Shown here: positions 25,870 through 40,486 of the stretch, piece by piece
Layout of the letters: each line of letters opens with the position of its first letter
How positions within the stretch are numbered: position 1 is the stretch's first letter
Notes under the pieces: generated by a model
Databases searched by the model: none
What the model saw: the letters and a program-made list of their open reading frames with translations, nothing else
What the model was told of the DNA's origin: nothing
NCBI RefSeq assembly: GCF_036321535.1
Contig: NC_087447.1
Span: forward strand, 47,618,001 to 47,682,000
Length of the DNA: 64,000 nucleotides
Source of the DNA: Camelus dromedarius
Lineage: Eukaryota
Direction of reading: 5' to 3'
Position numbers and translations under genes: made by a program

Positions 25870-28800
25870 GACTAAACAGTCATTTTAGCTGATAAGGTTG
25901 AATGTTTATGTAGACTTAGATCCTGGTGACCCTGTAGAAGCACAGTGGCTAGAGACAGAGAAACCTACTGTCCTGAATAGGGTAAACAGCACCAGAATAG
26001 CAAATAGGCAGATCAGCCTCTGTTTTCAACTGAGAACCATGCTCTACTTCAGAAATATAAAGGCAGCATGATACAGTATGGGAAAGAATTCCAGTTCTGA
26101 AATAAGCTGGATGTGGATTAGAAACCCAGAACTTTTATTCATCAATGTGATGGTTTTCCCTTCTATAAATAGGAAAAGTGGGAATACTACATATTCCATG
26201 GGACACTGTGAAGATCATATAATGTAACAGAAGTAGCACAATGTTAGTCTCCTTTCTTGTTTTGGTAAAAAATCTTCAATGCATTGGCAACATATTGATA
26301 ATTGTTAAAGCTGGGTAATGAGTACAAGGGCGTTATTATACTTCTATTTTTACTTTGGTGTATATTGGAAATTTTCCATAAAAGAGTAAAAAGAAAACCT
26401 GAATATCAGATTAGAAAGAAAAAGTGATGTCACAAAAAAAATTTTTTTAAAGCTCCCACTGTATATTTTGAAAAGTCAAAACTGTTCAGTTGGTATCAAA
26501 GGTTCTTCACATTCTAGTCTCAAACTATCCCTTATTAGCACCATCTCTCATCAGTGCTGTCTGCACTGTACTCACATCCCAAATACACCAAGTCATTCTG
26601 GAAAATGATATTCACTATCATGTTTCCAATTAAGTTATTCTCTTGGCCTGGAATGTCCTTCGCCCTCTTCTCTCCCACTCAAAAAGTAATAATGATGGCT
26701 AACACAGACAACTAATATTTACTAATGACTTACTATGTTCCAAATGTTATACAAAACTGACTCAACCAGTTCCTCCTTAGTGCTTCCACAATTTTCTGTA
26801 TGTTGTATACATATTATTGCAAGTCATGGATTGAGTCCTTATTCAGGCATGGTGTCTGGCAGATAGTAAATGATCAAAATACTTATAGATTAAATGAATG
26901 AATGCTTTGCTCCAGAGTTTAATGTAGCAACAAAAATGCACTAAATTAGTTAGCTTACAGGCAAGGTATAACCAACATATTCCAGTATGGAAGAATGTAC
27001 CATTACTCATCATATACCAAATATAGCAAAGGCTTCTTTTGGCTTCAGCGATCCAAGCGAGACTTAATGAATTTATATTGGTGGGATGTGGGCCAGATGA
27101 TTGGGAGCCTCTTCCAGCAGACAGAGATTAATCTTAAAATATTTCTTTCACCCTATTCACACTCCCTGAATTTTAATTATCATCTATATAGGGTTTCAGT
27201 ATTCACTAACCCACCCATGTACCAGTTTTTCTGGTGGATAAGGGTAAGATAGCTGGAAGCCTCCTGGCCTAATGTATTATTGCTAGTGTTTATAAAGTTA
27301 ATGTAGGAGGTATGAAAATTAAGAAATGATTGGACTTCAAAGCACAGGAAGTGGATGATTACCCTATGATTGGCTCCAGTCCCCTGCTTCAAGTTAACTG
27401 TAATTGTTTGAGCCAGTGATGGCACCAGGAGATGAAGTTCAAAGCAATTCTGGGTAGTACCATCTCAACTTGGTTTGTGATTAGAAAGCAGACTGCATAC
27501 ATGGACTCTGATAAAAAGCCAATAATTGGAAAAGAAGGAGTCCTCCAAAACAGAATGAAATACTGGGAACGAAAGAAGAGAGCTTGAAAATGCTTTTTAC
27601 AAATTCTTCCATCACAATACTCACCACTGTCTATGATAATATTCAGTACTTGTCTCGTCCGGATTATTGTCGCAATCTCCTATTGCTCTGCATACAGTTG
27701 TTCCTCCCACCAACCCATTTGTACACTGCAGATAGGAGGCTATTTCTACACTGCAGATAGGAGGATGTTTCTAAACTGCTCAACAATGTTCACTAGTTAC
27801 CCATTACATTTAAACTAAAGTAAAAACAAAACAAAACAAAAAACCTTTCATGACTTCCTGACTGCATGATTTGGACCTGGCTTGTCTCTTCAGCTTCTGC
27901 ACTTATTGCTCCCCATTTCCCTGTCCCATTACACTTTCCCTACGATGTATATCTTCTGTTTCCTCCAATATTGCTCTTTTGCCTCTAAGTTTTCACAAAG
28001 GCTTTTCCTCTTTCTTGACTTCTTCTCTACCCTCTCCTCCTTGGAAAATTAAGATTTTCACTTACTCATTATCTATTCTGGACATCCCACTTGTCTTTTT
28101 GCTTCACAATTCTCAATCATAGCATAAATTCTTGCACTGGTAATGTCTATTTGTCTGTCTTTCTTAAGTTCGATGAAATTAGGGATCTTGTCTGTCTAAG
28201 CTCCTTGTAGTCTCCACTATGCAAAATTTTGGTAGATAACTCATCCAAATGTACATTTTAAACACAGTCAAACTTTATTTTTGATTTTTTTGGTGCAAAC
28301 TGCTAGAGGAAGAAGTCTATAATATCTAAATTGAGAAACCATGAGGCCTTTGATCAGCAGTATGTCTCAGTGGTCTAGTAATGTTTTTGAAGAAACTGAA
28401 TTTAAAATGCCTTAAGCATCCATGTTCTTTTCAGTTACCTGTACACCACATACTCTTATGCCCTCTTTACTCATTTGATCAACTTGATCTCTAAAATCAA
28501 TTGAGTCTGGAATCCAAACTCATAGTAGTAAACATTCAAAATAGTGAAAGAAAAAAAGGATATCTTAAAGACAAATTCAGAAACTTAGAATTCTAGGATG
28601 TCCATTAAACATTTATTCTTCAGGAAAGTATAAATTCCAGGAACTTGTTTGAAGAGGAAAATTATGGTGAAATAGAAATTAGGAAAAAGAAAATGTGTCA
28701 TTTTGCTAAGCATTTGATGCAATTTCCTCTAAAGTAAGAATTTTAAAACAGTGGCCTCCTTATTTAGATCCAGGAAAGCAGAGATTCTGTAGTCATAGAG

Positions 28801-29228
28801 TTATGCTGAAATTCTTGAGTTTCCTTAATGCAGCCTAGAAGAAGCAAACTCTTCCTTTTCTAAGAGCAATGGGCATTCTAAAATAGTCTTTGGTAAAAGT
28901 TAAGGAATAAATACCAAGATGATGATAAATATGAGCTGTCTTAAAATTAAATCATGAAATTCTACAGTCCTCCTTTGCTGAAGGAAGAAAACAACGATTG
29001 CCTGCTTGCATTTGTTTATCTTTCTGAGCAGACTCTAAGCTGTACTTAACCAAGATGCAAAGAGAAAACAGATTTTTACAGATTTAAAGAGATTAAAGCA
29101 AGTATTGGGCTACATTCACATCACTGTAAATATCTTAATACATGGCTGGAATTGTCAACTGATAAAAGTAAAAGAAACACATTGCCTAATTTAATACTTC
29201 GTTATTTTATTTAAAAGCACTGAGTTAC

Positions 29229-29588
29229 CGGCCATAAAAAAACGAAATTTTGCCATTTGCAGCAACATGGACGGACTTGGAGGATATTATGCTAAGTGAA
29301 ATAAGTCGGACAAAGACAAATACTATATGATATCACTTACACGTGGAATTGAAAAAATACAACAAACTAGTAAATATAGCAAAGAAGAAGCAGACATACA
29401 CAGAAAATAAACTACCAGTAGTGGGGGCGGGGCAATAAAAGGGTGGGTGAGTGGAAGGTACAAACGACTGTGTGTAAGATAGTCTCAAGGATGTACTGTA
29501 CAACACAGGGAATGTAGCCAATATTTTATAATAACTGTAAATGGAAAGTAATCATTAAAATTATATTAAAAATTTAGAAAAAAATTTA
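29229..29588 (+). mobile_element. 5'-truncated LINE-1 3' end
   Basis: ORF2 end TTGCCATTTGCAGCAACATGG; A-rich tail; 16-bp TSD with 2 mismatches at 29213-29228 and 29589-29604. Confidence 0.9.
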
Positions 29589-30144
29589 AAAAGCAATGGG
29601 TTACTTCAGGTTCTACAAAAGAGGAAAGAAATAAGAAAGTTTCTCTCTGTGATTTAAAAAGCCAGGACAGGAAAATTCAATACTGTTTTTCTATAAAGTC
29701 TGTGTTGGCCTTTAGAGTTATTTACTGGCATGCATCATCCAATTGTGAGTGTGCTAAAACCATCCCAGTATTTAGTTTGCAGCCTCAAAGCAGCATGGTC
29801 CAATAGAAAGCACTGAATCACATACATCTGCATTCAAATCCTAGTTCTACTAGCTAGCAATGTCATTTTGGGGAAACACTGAACCTTTTGAGCTTCACAT
29901 TTCTGATCTGATGAAGTCAAGAGAGCATGGTACTTGCAAAAGATGGTTATTAAAATAATAAACATTTCTATTTTCTACCCAAGAATTTCACCCATTTCCC
30001 TTATAAGACCTGTAATAAGAGATTTTGGTGACAGTCCTGGTTTTGACTCCTGATTCTATTATGTACTTAAGCAGTATAACCTCTCTAAGCCTCAATTTCC
30101 TCATTTATAAAGAGATAATAATAGTATCTCCTTATGAGGTCTAT

Positions 30145-30935
30145 AAACAGATATTTTCTAGTGTACCATTTTAATTCCATTGTATTTCTTTTACTGTATC
30201 TTTTTGAGTTATTTTCATAGTGGCTTTCTGAGGATTACAATTGACATCTTAATTTAAAGCAAATTGGTTTGGATTAATACAAACTTCATTTCAACAGTAT
30301 ACAAAAACTATGCTCCTACATAGCTCTCTATTCGCCCCCTCTTCTGTGCTATTATTGTCACACACATATATCTTTATACATTATAAGCCTATCAACATTT
30401 TATAATTATTGCTTTAAATATCCTAAATTATCTACTCCTTTCTCTCAGCCTGGATAATCTCAACTGTCAGATTTTTAAGTTTATGGATTCTTTCTTTGGC
30501 CAGTACAGCTTTGAATCTTTTGGCAAACCCTTCTAGTGTATTTTGATTTCAGTTATTATACTTTTCAACTCCAGAATTTGTTTAGTTCTTTTTTATAATT
30601 TCTATCTCTCTGTCGATATTCTCTCTTTGGTGAAACATTGCTCATATTTTCCTTTAGTTCCTTGGACATGGTTTCATTTAGCTCTTTCATCATATTAAAT
30701 TAAGTGATTAAGAATCTTTGTTTAGTAAGTTCAACGAATGGGTTTCCTTGGGATCAGTTTCTACTGACTCCTTTTATTCCTGTGTATGGGCTATACTTTC
30801 TTATTTCTTTGTATGTCTGATTTTTTCTTAAGAGTGGGACATTTAAAATATAACGTGGCAATTTTGGAGATCAGATTCCTCTCTCTCAGCAGGGTCTGTT
30901 GCTGCTGCTGCTGTTTGCTTATTTAGTGACCATGT
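30145..30935 (-). mobile_element. Old L1M fragment (ORF1/inter-ORF-like) inserted in a MIR
   Basis: T-rich L1 motifs (TTCAGTTATTATACTTTTCAACTCCAGAATTT); MIR core immediately to the left (30030-30140). Confidence 0.65.
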
Positions 30936-33900
30936 TTTATCTCTGTGTTCCAGAGAATCTCAGAATTTTACAAGGAGCTTCAAAGATTCCACAAACACTT
31001 GGTTTAAAATCTTTAATATGCATCACTTTGACTATCTTTTAAATATACATGAATTTATTTTAGCCAGCCATTCGTTATTTTCCATCTCATCCTCTGTTAA
31101 ACATTAATTTTCATTTCCAACAAACCTACTAGAATTAGCAATCAAGTAAAATTTTGTGATAAAGGTGACTAATTTGTGTAGGCAAACTTAATGCAGCATA
31201 CTTCAAGAGACTCAAGCCAAGACTCAAGTCAAGATCCACTGGCTTGAGTATACCGCTTTAGGAAATCTCTTTTGACCCCATCCCAATCTCAGTAGCCCAA
31301 ATCTCTTTTGTTCCTCACATATACATTTATAGGCAAAAATAATTAGAGTAGCTTTCCTGATAGTGGAAGCTGAGGATATAATCACATAATCTTTGCAATT
31401 CATAAATTCTTTGTGGGAATTTAAATTTTTTGTTTTCAGGAATTTAAATTTTTTGTTTTCATTTTAATAAGTAATTTTAAAGGATATAATTTAACCCAGG
31501 ATTATACGGGTGATCACCTTTTATTGGAGTACTACCATGTGATTTCTGTGCTTATTCCTGTATTTATAATCAACGTGCCAGGCAGTTTTACTCCAGTGGT
31601 CCTAGGTTAATAAGAATGGATCTTAAACTTAAAATGACCTTAAACTTAAAATGTAAATGACATAGTTGCAACGTGTGGAGACCAAATGACATCAGTGAAT
31701 GAGAAAAGGGAGGTGAAAGAAAAAAAAGTCATTGTAGCCATATGGTAGTATAGGCACTGAGAACTCAAAAGAGCCCAGAAACAGTACCATAATTTACATT
31801 TCAAGTAGCAACTCAGGTTCAATTAATCATTACCAGCTATCAAATTTAACTCACTTTGTCAATTTGAATTTTACTGATTTTATAGATTTGTTTGTAATTA
31901 AATGATAGCTCTGCTTTGGTTTTATACTTATATAAAAGCTGTAAGCATAAGTTTTTGCCTAATCCTGCTTATACATATTTAAATAATATTTTAATCAAAC
32001 TAATCTAAGAGCCCATAGAGATTTTTGCTCATAAAAAAGAGGGTCCTAGGTTACTCAAAGGTAAAAAGTTTCATCACTGTCCCAGTTTTTATTCCATTAC
32101 AGGACTGTTTAGAAAGGTGTGCCTCCCGCTTAGCTAAATAGCTGACTTCTGTTCACCAACTATACCACTCCCATAGCAAAGGGAGCTGCTTCTTAGCTGT
32201 GGTCCTGATGACCAAAGGTAGTGATGATATGGGCACAGCTGCATAGGTGGAAGCAAGAAGATTTGGAGGGACAAAAAACAAGGCCTGAAGAGGAACCTGA
32301 AAGGTTTCTTGAGAAACTACAACAGAAGTTCAGATCTTTAGGTACATGAAGCAGAACAACATACATATCAGACAGTAAATAGGACTGCTTCAAACAGGAG
32401 AATTTCTGGCATTCCAATTTAGACCTAGAATTTCCCCATATTCACATTTTGGTTATGTTATTTAAATATCATCTTTTGAGTGCGCTTTTGAGACTAATGT
32501 ATTGAAATGCCAGAAAGTATTTAGCATGAAGAATATAAAGCCTTAGTTTTAATTTAGGTAGCAGTATCCCTGATGTAGGCAATCTGAAAGTTCCTTACAT
32601 TGAAATTTTAGGGAAAAGTTAATACACATATATGGAACCATTAAAGGAAAGGAAATAGTATAATACCCTTACAGGTTTCCATTACTCTGAACTACAGTTG
32701 ATGGTTGTACTAAACAGGGTCTCTTCCTTTACAGCTAGCTCCAAGACAGGCTCTGACAGGAATGATCTCAGACGTATGGTATACTACCATGTAACAGTTA
32801 AATTTCTTTGCACCTGAATTTTCTATGTGATTTTGAGTACCATGACAAAAAGGAATCTGTGATAAGCATAATAATAAAGTAATTACTCAACAGGTCAATT
32901 CATTAAAATATTTCTTGAGAACCTACACTATGCCAAGAACAATGCTAGGGGTTGAGTTTGTGTTTATATATGTGTATTTGAATACATAACCATGAAGAAT
33001 CAGGCCAAGTATTGGAGACAAGCATGTAATAGTATAATTTTAATTATACAGGGCACTAGTAGAGAAGCACATGGACAAACATGGAGGTTTAAGGAAGATT
33101 GTTCTAGAGGAAATGATGCCTAAGCGCATCTGAAAGTCCTTAAGAATTAATTATATTAGTCACATTTTTTATTAAGAGAATGGTTCAGGTCTTAACTACT
33201 GAAATGAAAGCTCTCCTAGGACTAATTTATCATTCTGAGCATTTTTGTTTTCCTAATAAATCAATTCAGTAGGTTTTAAAATACTCTTTAAGTTGCACTC
33301 TTAAGCGGATTTAACATGATAAATGTTTTCTAAAAAACACAGTAAAGATCAGAGCTATAGAAATTGTTGTCTTTACATTTAATAAAAGTGGCCTTTGAAC
33401 TAAACATGTAAAGCAGGATATTTTCAAATTTTAATACATATTGGACATATAGTTATTCAGAATATCAAAGCTTTCAAGTCTAGAGTCAATGAAAAAAGAA
33501 TTTGGTTTTTCTTATTATAAACACTCACATCTCCACACTGAAGTCAATTCCAGCAACAACCTCTGCTGTGCTCAGCAGTATTTGAATCACAGAAAAAGCA
33601 TAAGCTCAGGACATTTAAGAAGGAAGGAAGGAATGAAGGAAGGCTAAGAAAGACAGGATCCATTTCTCAGCAGCAAGGACAATAATTTCACTTCTAAACA
33701 AGTTACAACTAAACATTTTTGCACCCAATTAATATGACTGTAGTTGTAATAGACTGTGCCTTAAATAAATACCCTTCTGAGTAGTGGATTTTAAATTATA
33801 AGACAAAAATTAAGTTTCTGCTTTCTTATTCCAAAGTTTCTTGGTAAATACAATTATAACTTAGTTTTCTTTAGAGAGTTACAGAGGTTTATTCAGATTT

Positions 33901-34909
33901 TAAATATTGCTTGTTTGGCAAAAAATTTCAGTTTCTCTCAGTTAGATTTTGATCCCTTAGGGAAAACTCCCTGGTTTATAGGAAATCTATTAATTTGGTG
34001 AGTGACTCTTTCTTTAAAGTTTCAGGGAGCTTCTTCAACAACCCTGTGGGCTGCTTATTCAGTTTCATCTGGCAAGAGCCCTTACTGCTTTGCGTGATAG
34101 CACTATAGCCTCTATGTAGAAGGGGAAAACAAAGCCAAATTTAAAAGGTATTTATGGTCTATCACAGTTGATTCTTGGCTCTAATTTCACAGAAGTAGGA
34201 CAAATAAATTTTAGTCCAAACTGGGAATGAGCTTTGTCATAATCCTTAGTCTTTTAAATTCATCACTACCAAGATTCTAAAAACTGAGTCTCACAGCAAT
34301 ATTTAAATGCACTGAGACTATGTGTATGTGTGGGTGTATGTGTTCATTCTGTGCTTATTAAAAATGTACCACACTTTTAAGGACTTTTATAAAGCATGTT
34401 AGTATTTCAGTTGATGTGAATAGGTTTGATCAGACACAAGCATGTATCCAAAATGCAGTTTCCAAATATCATTTTAATATTAAAGGGAATAATCTATTTG
34501 TAATGAGGTTATTATAATGTGCGGAAAGTGATAAATAGTCAGTGAATAAGACTATTTTTATATTTTTGTTTTATATTTTGTTCTCCCTCAAGGGGCCAGA
34601 GGCCATGTGGATCTTGTTAAGTATCATATCTCCAGTACATGGCACACAGAAGGCACCCAGTAAATATTTGTTAAATTATGAATAAATGAATGAATGGCCT
34701 GCAATGAAAATGTTTGGTAACAGTACTGTAATCCTCCATGTCTAGAACAACATCTAAGAGGATGGAAGTACTTACTAAATTACGTTGGGTGTCAGTTTGC
34801 TTGTTATAAAATATGAGCTATTAATGTATCATCACTATCTTTAGTATTAACCATCTTGTTCTTTTAATGATTCATCCCCTTCTTCAGCTTTTAACTGTTG
34901 TTTAAATAG

Positions 34910-37900
34910 CATAAAATGAAAATGTTCAACTTATCTGTAAGCAAAATATTAAAATATTAAATTAAGAATTACATTCATCCAAACTATTGCTCTAGTTATA
35001 TTTATTTAATTTGAAAACAGAGCTTTGAAAAGGGTGTCAGGAAATATGTACTTTTGTACACTCTTTATAGGATTATAAATTGATATAATCCTATAAATTA
35101 TAAATTGTTTTTGACCAGGGAATAAATTTTTAAAAAATTATCTCAAGGAAGTTATCAAAGACGTATACAAAGATTTGTATAAAATTTTTACTACAGATTT
35201 ATAAAAACAGACAAAAAGGGACAAGAAAATTTACAATGTATTAATTTAATCAAATACTATGTGGTCGTTAAAATCACATTTTCAAGTAACATTTAAAGGC
35301 AGAACTATTTAAAAATGTATTTTATGTGAAAAAAGGAAAGTACTTGTGAAAACAAAATAATACCAATTTTGAAGCATGTATATGCAATACATGAACAGAA
35401 AAAAATTAGAAGGATACGCCAAAATGACAATAAAAAGTGGAGTTGGTATATTGCTTTGTAGGAAAGTTAGAGTCATTTTATCTTTTGGTTTCTCTGTACT
35501 TTGCAAATTTCCTTTTGGTACTTTGGTAATCAAACAGAATATATATCTTTTTTAATGTAGGTGTTTATAGCTATTACAGGTTCTGGAAATCAACCAAGAG
35601 CAAACAATAAACTGAAAAACTGCTGATCTTTGGATAAGAATAGGGGCAATCTGTGGCATTCTTGCCTGGGGCTGTTTCCCATCTCTTTCAGTTAGGTAAT
35701 AACAGTTCTACCAGGATAGGCTGGCAGTGAAAACCAAAAGGTTCACTGCCAGAGAGACTAACTTGATTTGGAGCAGAGGTTAATAAAACTCATGTTCAGT
35801 GGTATTATTAATAGAAATAGTGATCTTGGGAAGTGCATCAGGAAAGCCAATAGCTCTGCTAGCTTGAGGTTGAGGACCTAGCTGGAGTGAGCATCTGACC
35901 AGCTGACTAGCAAGGAATTTAACATAAAGATTCTGGAAATAAATGAGCCATAAACTCCGTATACATTCCTAGCTGACAGAGAGGCTGTGCATACATGCAG
36001 ATGAGACCTTAGAGTGCACAGGTGAAAGTAAAAGCAAGATAAGACTGCCTGAACTTTGAATGTACTCCCCAACTAACAAACTGATCTATCAGCAAAGGTT
36101 GAAAGTCTTACTGGTTGGAGGTGTTTGAGCACAGTTTCTGACCAATCACTGACTAAGTGTAAAGCTATCAGACAAAGGAATGAACCATAGAAATCCAAGC
36201 TTAAAAATAAGAATAAAAAAAGAAACTGAGCAGAGGCACCAATGGCAGCATACTTCATAATAGACAGATTCTGCAGAATTAGTCTGGGTAAGCAATGACA
36301 CATTCAACCACCCAACTCAACAAAAACAACCCTTAGGGGGGTGGAAAAAGAATCCAGATCTTCCACAATTATAATCTCAAATGTCTAGTTTTCACAAAAA
36401 ATTATGAGACATGCAAAGAACCATTTAAATGTTACTCAGAGAAAGAAAACAGCAATAAAAATTATCTTAGTGGGCCAAGATGTTTGATTTAGTAGACAGA
36501 GACTATAAAGCAAGTTTTATAAATATGTTCAAAGGAAATTTTGTTCAAAGCATCAAAAAGAAAATATAACAACCACTCAACAAGTAAGGAATCTAAATAG
36601 CTAGGTATCCGTGCATGAGAAATAAAACCATTTGTCCACACAAAGACTTGTATGTGAATATTCATAGCAAAACTACTCAAAATAGGAAAAACCCAGAAAA
36701 AATCCAAATTGTATCAACTGGTGAACTGACAAACAAAAATGGGATATTTCCATATAATGGACAATTATTCAAAAATAAAAAAGACCAAATTACTGATACA
36801 TGGTACAATGTTGACAACTCTCAAAAATATCATGCTAGGTAAGTAAAGAATGTAAGGAAAATATCCAAAAGAGCAACAAAAACCATAAAATAGGGGAAAA
36901 AAAAAAAAAAGACGTTCCACATCATTAGGAAAAAAATGATAAACCTTAACTGAAAGATGTAAGAAAAAAATTCTAAAAATATAGGTATCCACCAAGTTTT
37001 GAAAATTCATTTTATGTTATTTCACTTTGACAAAAAGCTACATTTTTTTTTTTTTTGCTAACTCAAATAAATCCAAAGAGGATTTTCACTTCTACAAAAA
37101 AAAAAAAGGCAAACAGCAAAAATAGTATTCAGCGCCTGTTTTGCACCGAGTGGTTATAGATAGCAGCACACACCCTGAGTTGCGAAGAGTGTCACTGCCA
37201 AGCTCCTTCCCTGGGAACTCCATGCAGCACCTCAGCTCCAAGCCGCTACAGCTTTGAATTGCGCCTGTTAGCAGCTGTGCTTTGTCTCAATTTATTCTGT
37301 GCATCTGTGAGCAAGATGTGTTCTAAGGTAACTGCTTCTTCACTTTACACCATTTCAGCTTATGAAAGGCTTCACAGGTACACTCTACTTTTGGATGTCA
37401 GGGAAAATCTATATTGAGATGAGAAGACTCAAGATTAAAGTATATCATCCAAGTAATCTATAAATTCAATGTAATCGCAGTTAAAATACACATAGGACAA
37501 CAAGCTGATTCTAAAGATAACAGAGAAGGACCATTACAAACCAATGCAATTTTGAAGAACAGACAATGTGATATTGGACAGGGATAGACAAAGACCAGTG
37601 AAACAGAATACAAAACCAAGAAATAAATCTGCACGTATGAGGGACCTAGTTTATAACAGAAGTCAGTCCAAATCAGACTGTTCAATAAATGGTATTGGGA
37701 CAAATGATTATTTAGAAAGAGGAAAAACGGAATCTCTACCTTAAGCTATACATACAAGTAAATTACAAAAAGATTAAAGACCTAAATTTATAAAACAAAA
37801 TTTTAGAACATTTAGAAGAAAACAAAATACAGATTAATATCCTATGATCTCTAGGTGGCAAAAAATACCAATATTAATAGTAAAGAAAATTAATCTTTGA

Positions 37901-38890
37901 TTACATAAAAATTCAAATTTTCTGTTGATAAACTATAGATTAAAAAGCATCAGACTTTGTTACTTATAATATACAATTAGTACCCACAATAAAAAAAGAA
38001 TTCCTACAAATCAATAAGAAAAACATAACAATAGAAAAATGATGAAGGATATGAATGAGCAATTCACAGCAGGAAAAATAGGAATGATGAAAAATGCTCA
38101 ACTTTACTAGTGATTAGGGAAATGCAAATAGAAAATACCATTTAAAACCTACCAATTGGCAAAAAATTAAAATGTCTGCAATATTATGTGCTGAGGAGGA
38201 TGTGGGAAAATGGGAACATCTATCTACTGCTGGGCAGAGTATACACTGGTACAATCCTGTTGGCAGTCCTTAGTGAAATGAAGCTAGACGATGTATATAC
38301 TCCATGACTCGGTAATTTCAGTTTTAGGTATAGACTCACGTGTATATGAAAACATATAAAAATGTTCACAGGAGCATTGTTTTAGTATAAAATAATAGAA
38401 ACCACTCAAATGTCTTTCAATAGTAGAATACACAAATCAAATACAGTTTATAAAATGGCATTTAATATAGGAGTTGAAATGAATGAATTCAAGAGATACA
38501 TTTAGATAAATTTCTAAAACATAATGTATTAACTAAAAATATTAAGTTGCAGAACAAGCACAAGATGATGCCACTGTATATAATTTCTTTAAAAGCTCAT
38601 AATAGAAATCGTTTATGAATACATATTTATGTGAATTTTTAAAAATACTGAAAACATGGTTAGAAAGAAAAGATGGTGTCCTCAGAATAGCAGCTCTTCC
38701 TAGGGTTGAAGGGAACAAGAAAAGAAGGAATGGAATAGGTGAAGGCTACAAGGGGATTTAAATTATATCTGTATCTAATTTCCTGAAAAAATTTATCTGA
38801 ATCTAATCAAATGTTACTATTTGCTAACTTTAATAATGGACACATGACCATTTATAATATTATTTTCATATGCTTGAAATATTTAATAAT
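34910..38890 (+). mobile_element. Cluster of old L1M fragments (3'UTR, 5' region and ORF2 pieces)
   Basis: Degenerate L1 motifs throughout (AAATTCAATGTAATC, TAGGGAAATGCAAAT, CACAAAGACTTGTATGTGAATATTCATAGCA); boundaries approximate. Confidence 0.7.
36982..37411. mobile_element. TcMar-Tigger-like non-autonomous DNA transposon inserted in L1
   Basis: TA-flanked degenerate inverted termini; GC-richer interior; end GCTTATGAAAGGCTTCACAGGTACACTCTACTTTTGGA. Confidence 0.55.
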
Positions 38891-40486
38891 ATTTCTAATG
38901 TTGAGGAAACAAGGGACTTATTTACTATTGAGCAGAAGTCCAAGATGCCTGATAGGAAGGTTAGAGAAGGAAAGCACTGGTGGATTGAATCAGGACAGCA
39001 CAAAACAATGTGGTATATAATGAATGGTATGGGGGAGCACAGATGTTCAGGAAAGCTCAAATCTTGGGTGGGGACTTGTAATTCTGTGGAAAATAATTCT
39101 AGTTTATGGCTAAGTTAGTGGCGTTTGAAAAAAATCATTTTCTGCTTCATGATTTTCCCTAATTTCACTATTCATTAAGGTTTCTACCTTTGATTACAGG
39201 AAGGCAGTAGAGGTGAAATTCACACACCTTTGTTAGTTATTAACAGTTTTAATGAAAGAAGAGGAAATTGAAGAGAATTACTGATGAGGTTTGTAGATGA
39301 ACCACAAAAATATATTTATTAATTCCCCCTTTCATTTATACAACAATTGATTTTGATTTATAATTCTGGACAGCTGTTTTCTGGTCATTTGTACATCAAC
39401 GAAAAACTTGTAAACTGCTAAAGAATATTTCACCTATTGCTTAGCAGCATAAAGTTAAATAATACAAATTATATTAAAATATAATACAAAAATAATACTA
39501 CACACAATAAAATAAAATAGGTAAGTAATAGACATAGTTAAGTTCAAACCAAATGGGCAGAAGTAACTATAGTGGAGTCCAAAATATGCTTCTAAGGGAA
39601 GCATTATAGCTTAGTCATTCCTGACAAGAAACTAATATGGATTTTGAACTGTATGCTGTGTATAAAGAGCAGGTGGAACAGAGGGAACAGAATTTTAAGA
39701 GGTTGGAGGAATATATGGAAGTCATTTTTGTACAAAAATCATAGGTAATCTCACTATCTAGAGATAATCAGTTCTAAATATTTTGATGACTGTCTATCTA
39801 CCTAACTATCTATCTGGATGTGTGAACATATATTTATAAACTAGACTTTTAAAATAAATTTAGGACTATATTAGCATACTATTTATGATCTATTTAATCA
39901 GTTGATAGTGTTATTTTCCATTTCATTAAATAATCAACATAATTAAAAATGAATTACGGCATATGACATCGTTTGAATATATCATAATTAACTATTATTT
40001 ATATTTCAAATTATATCACATTTAATTTATAACATACATGTTAATGTTATATAACATTATATTATTTATATTTAAACATATATTTAAGTTACTTCAAATT
40101 ATTGAATGTTTTATTTTTAAACATTTTAGTTGCTTTCAATTTTTCATCTCATTGTAATCTTATGTATGTTGCCAAATATTTTCATAGTTATCTATTCATA
40201 CACTTAGAATAATTTCCTAGGATATAACTGCTGAAGCAAAGAAGGAAAAATAAGTAATTTTTTTCTGTGAGTTTTATAATTTTAGCTCTTACATTTAGGT
40301 TTTTGATTCATTTTGAATTAAATTTTATACATGGTATAAAATAGAGGTCCAACTGCATTCCTTTGCATGTGGCTATTCAATTGTCCCAGCACCATTTGTT
40401 AAAAGACTTGACTTTCCTTCATTGAATGGTCTTGACACCCTAGTCAAAACTCAAATGTCTATATACTGTTACTAGTCTTTTATATC

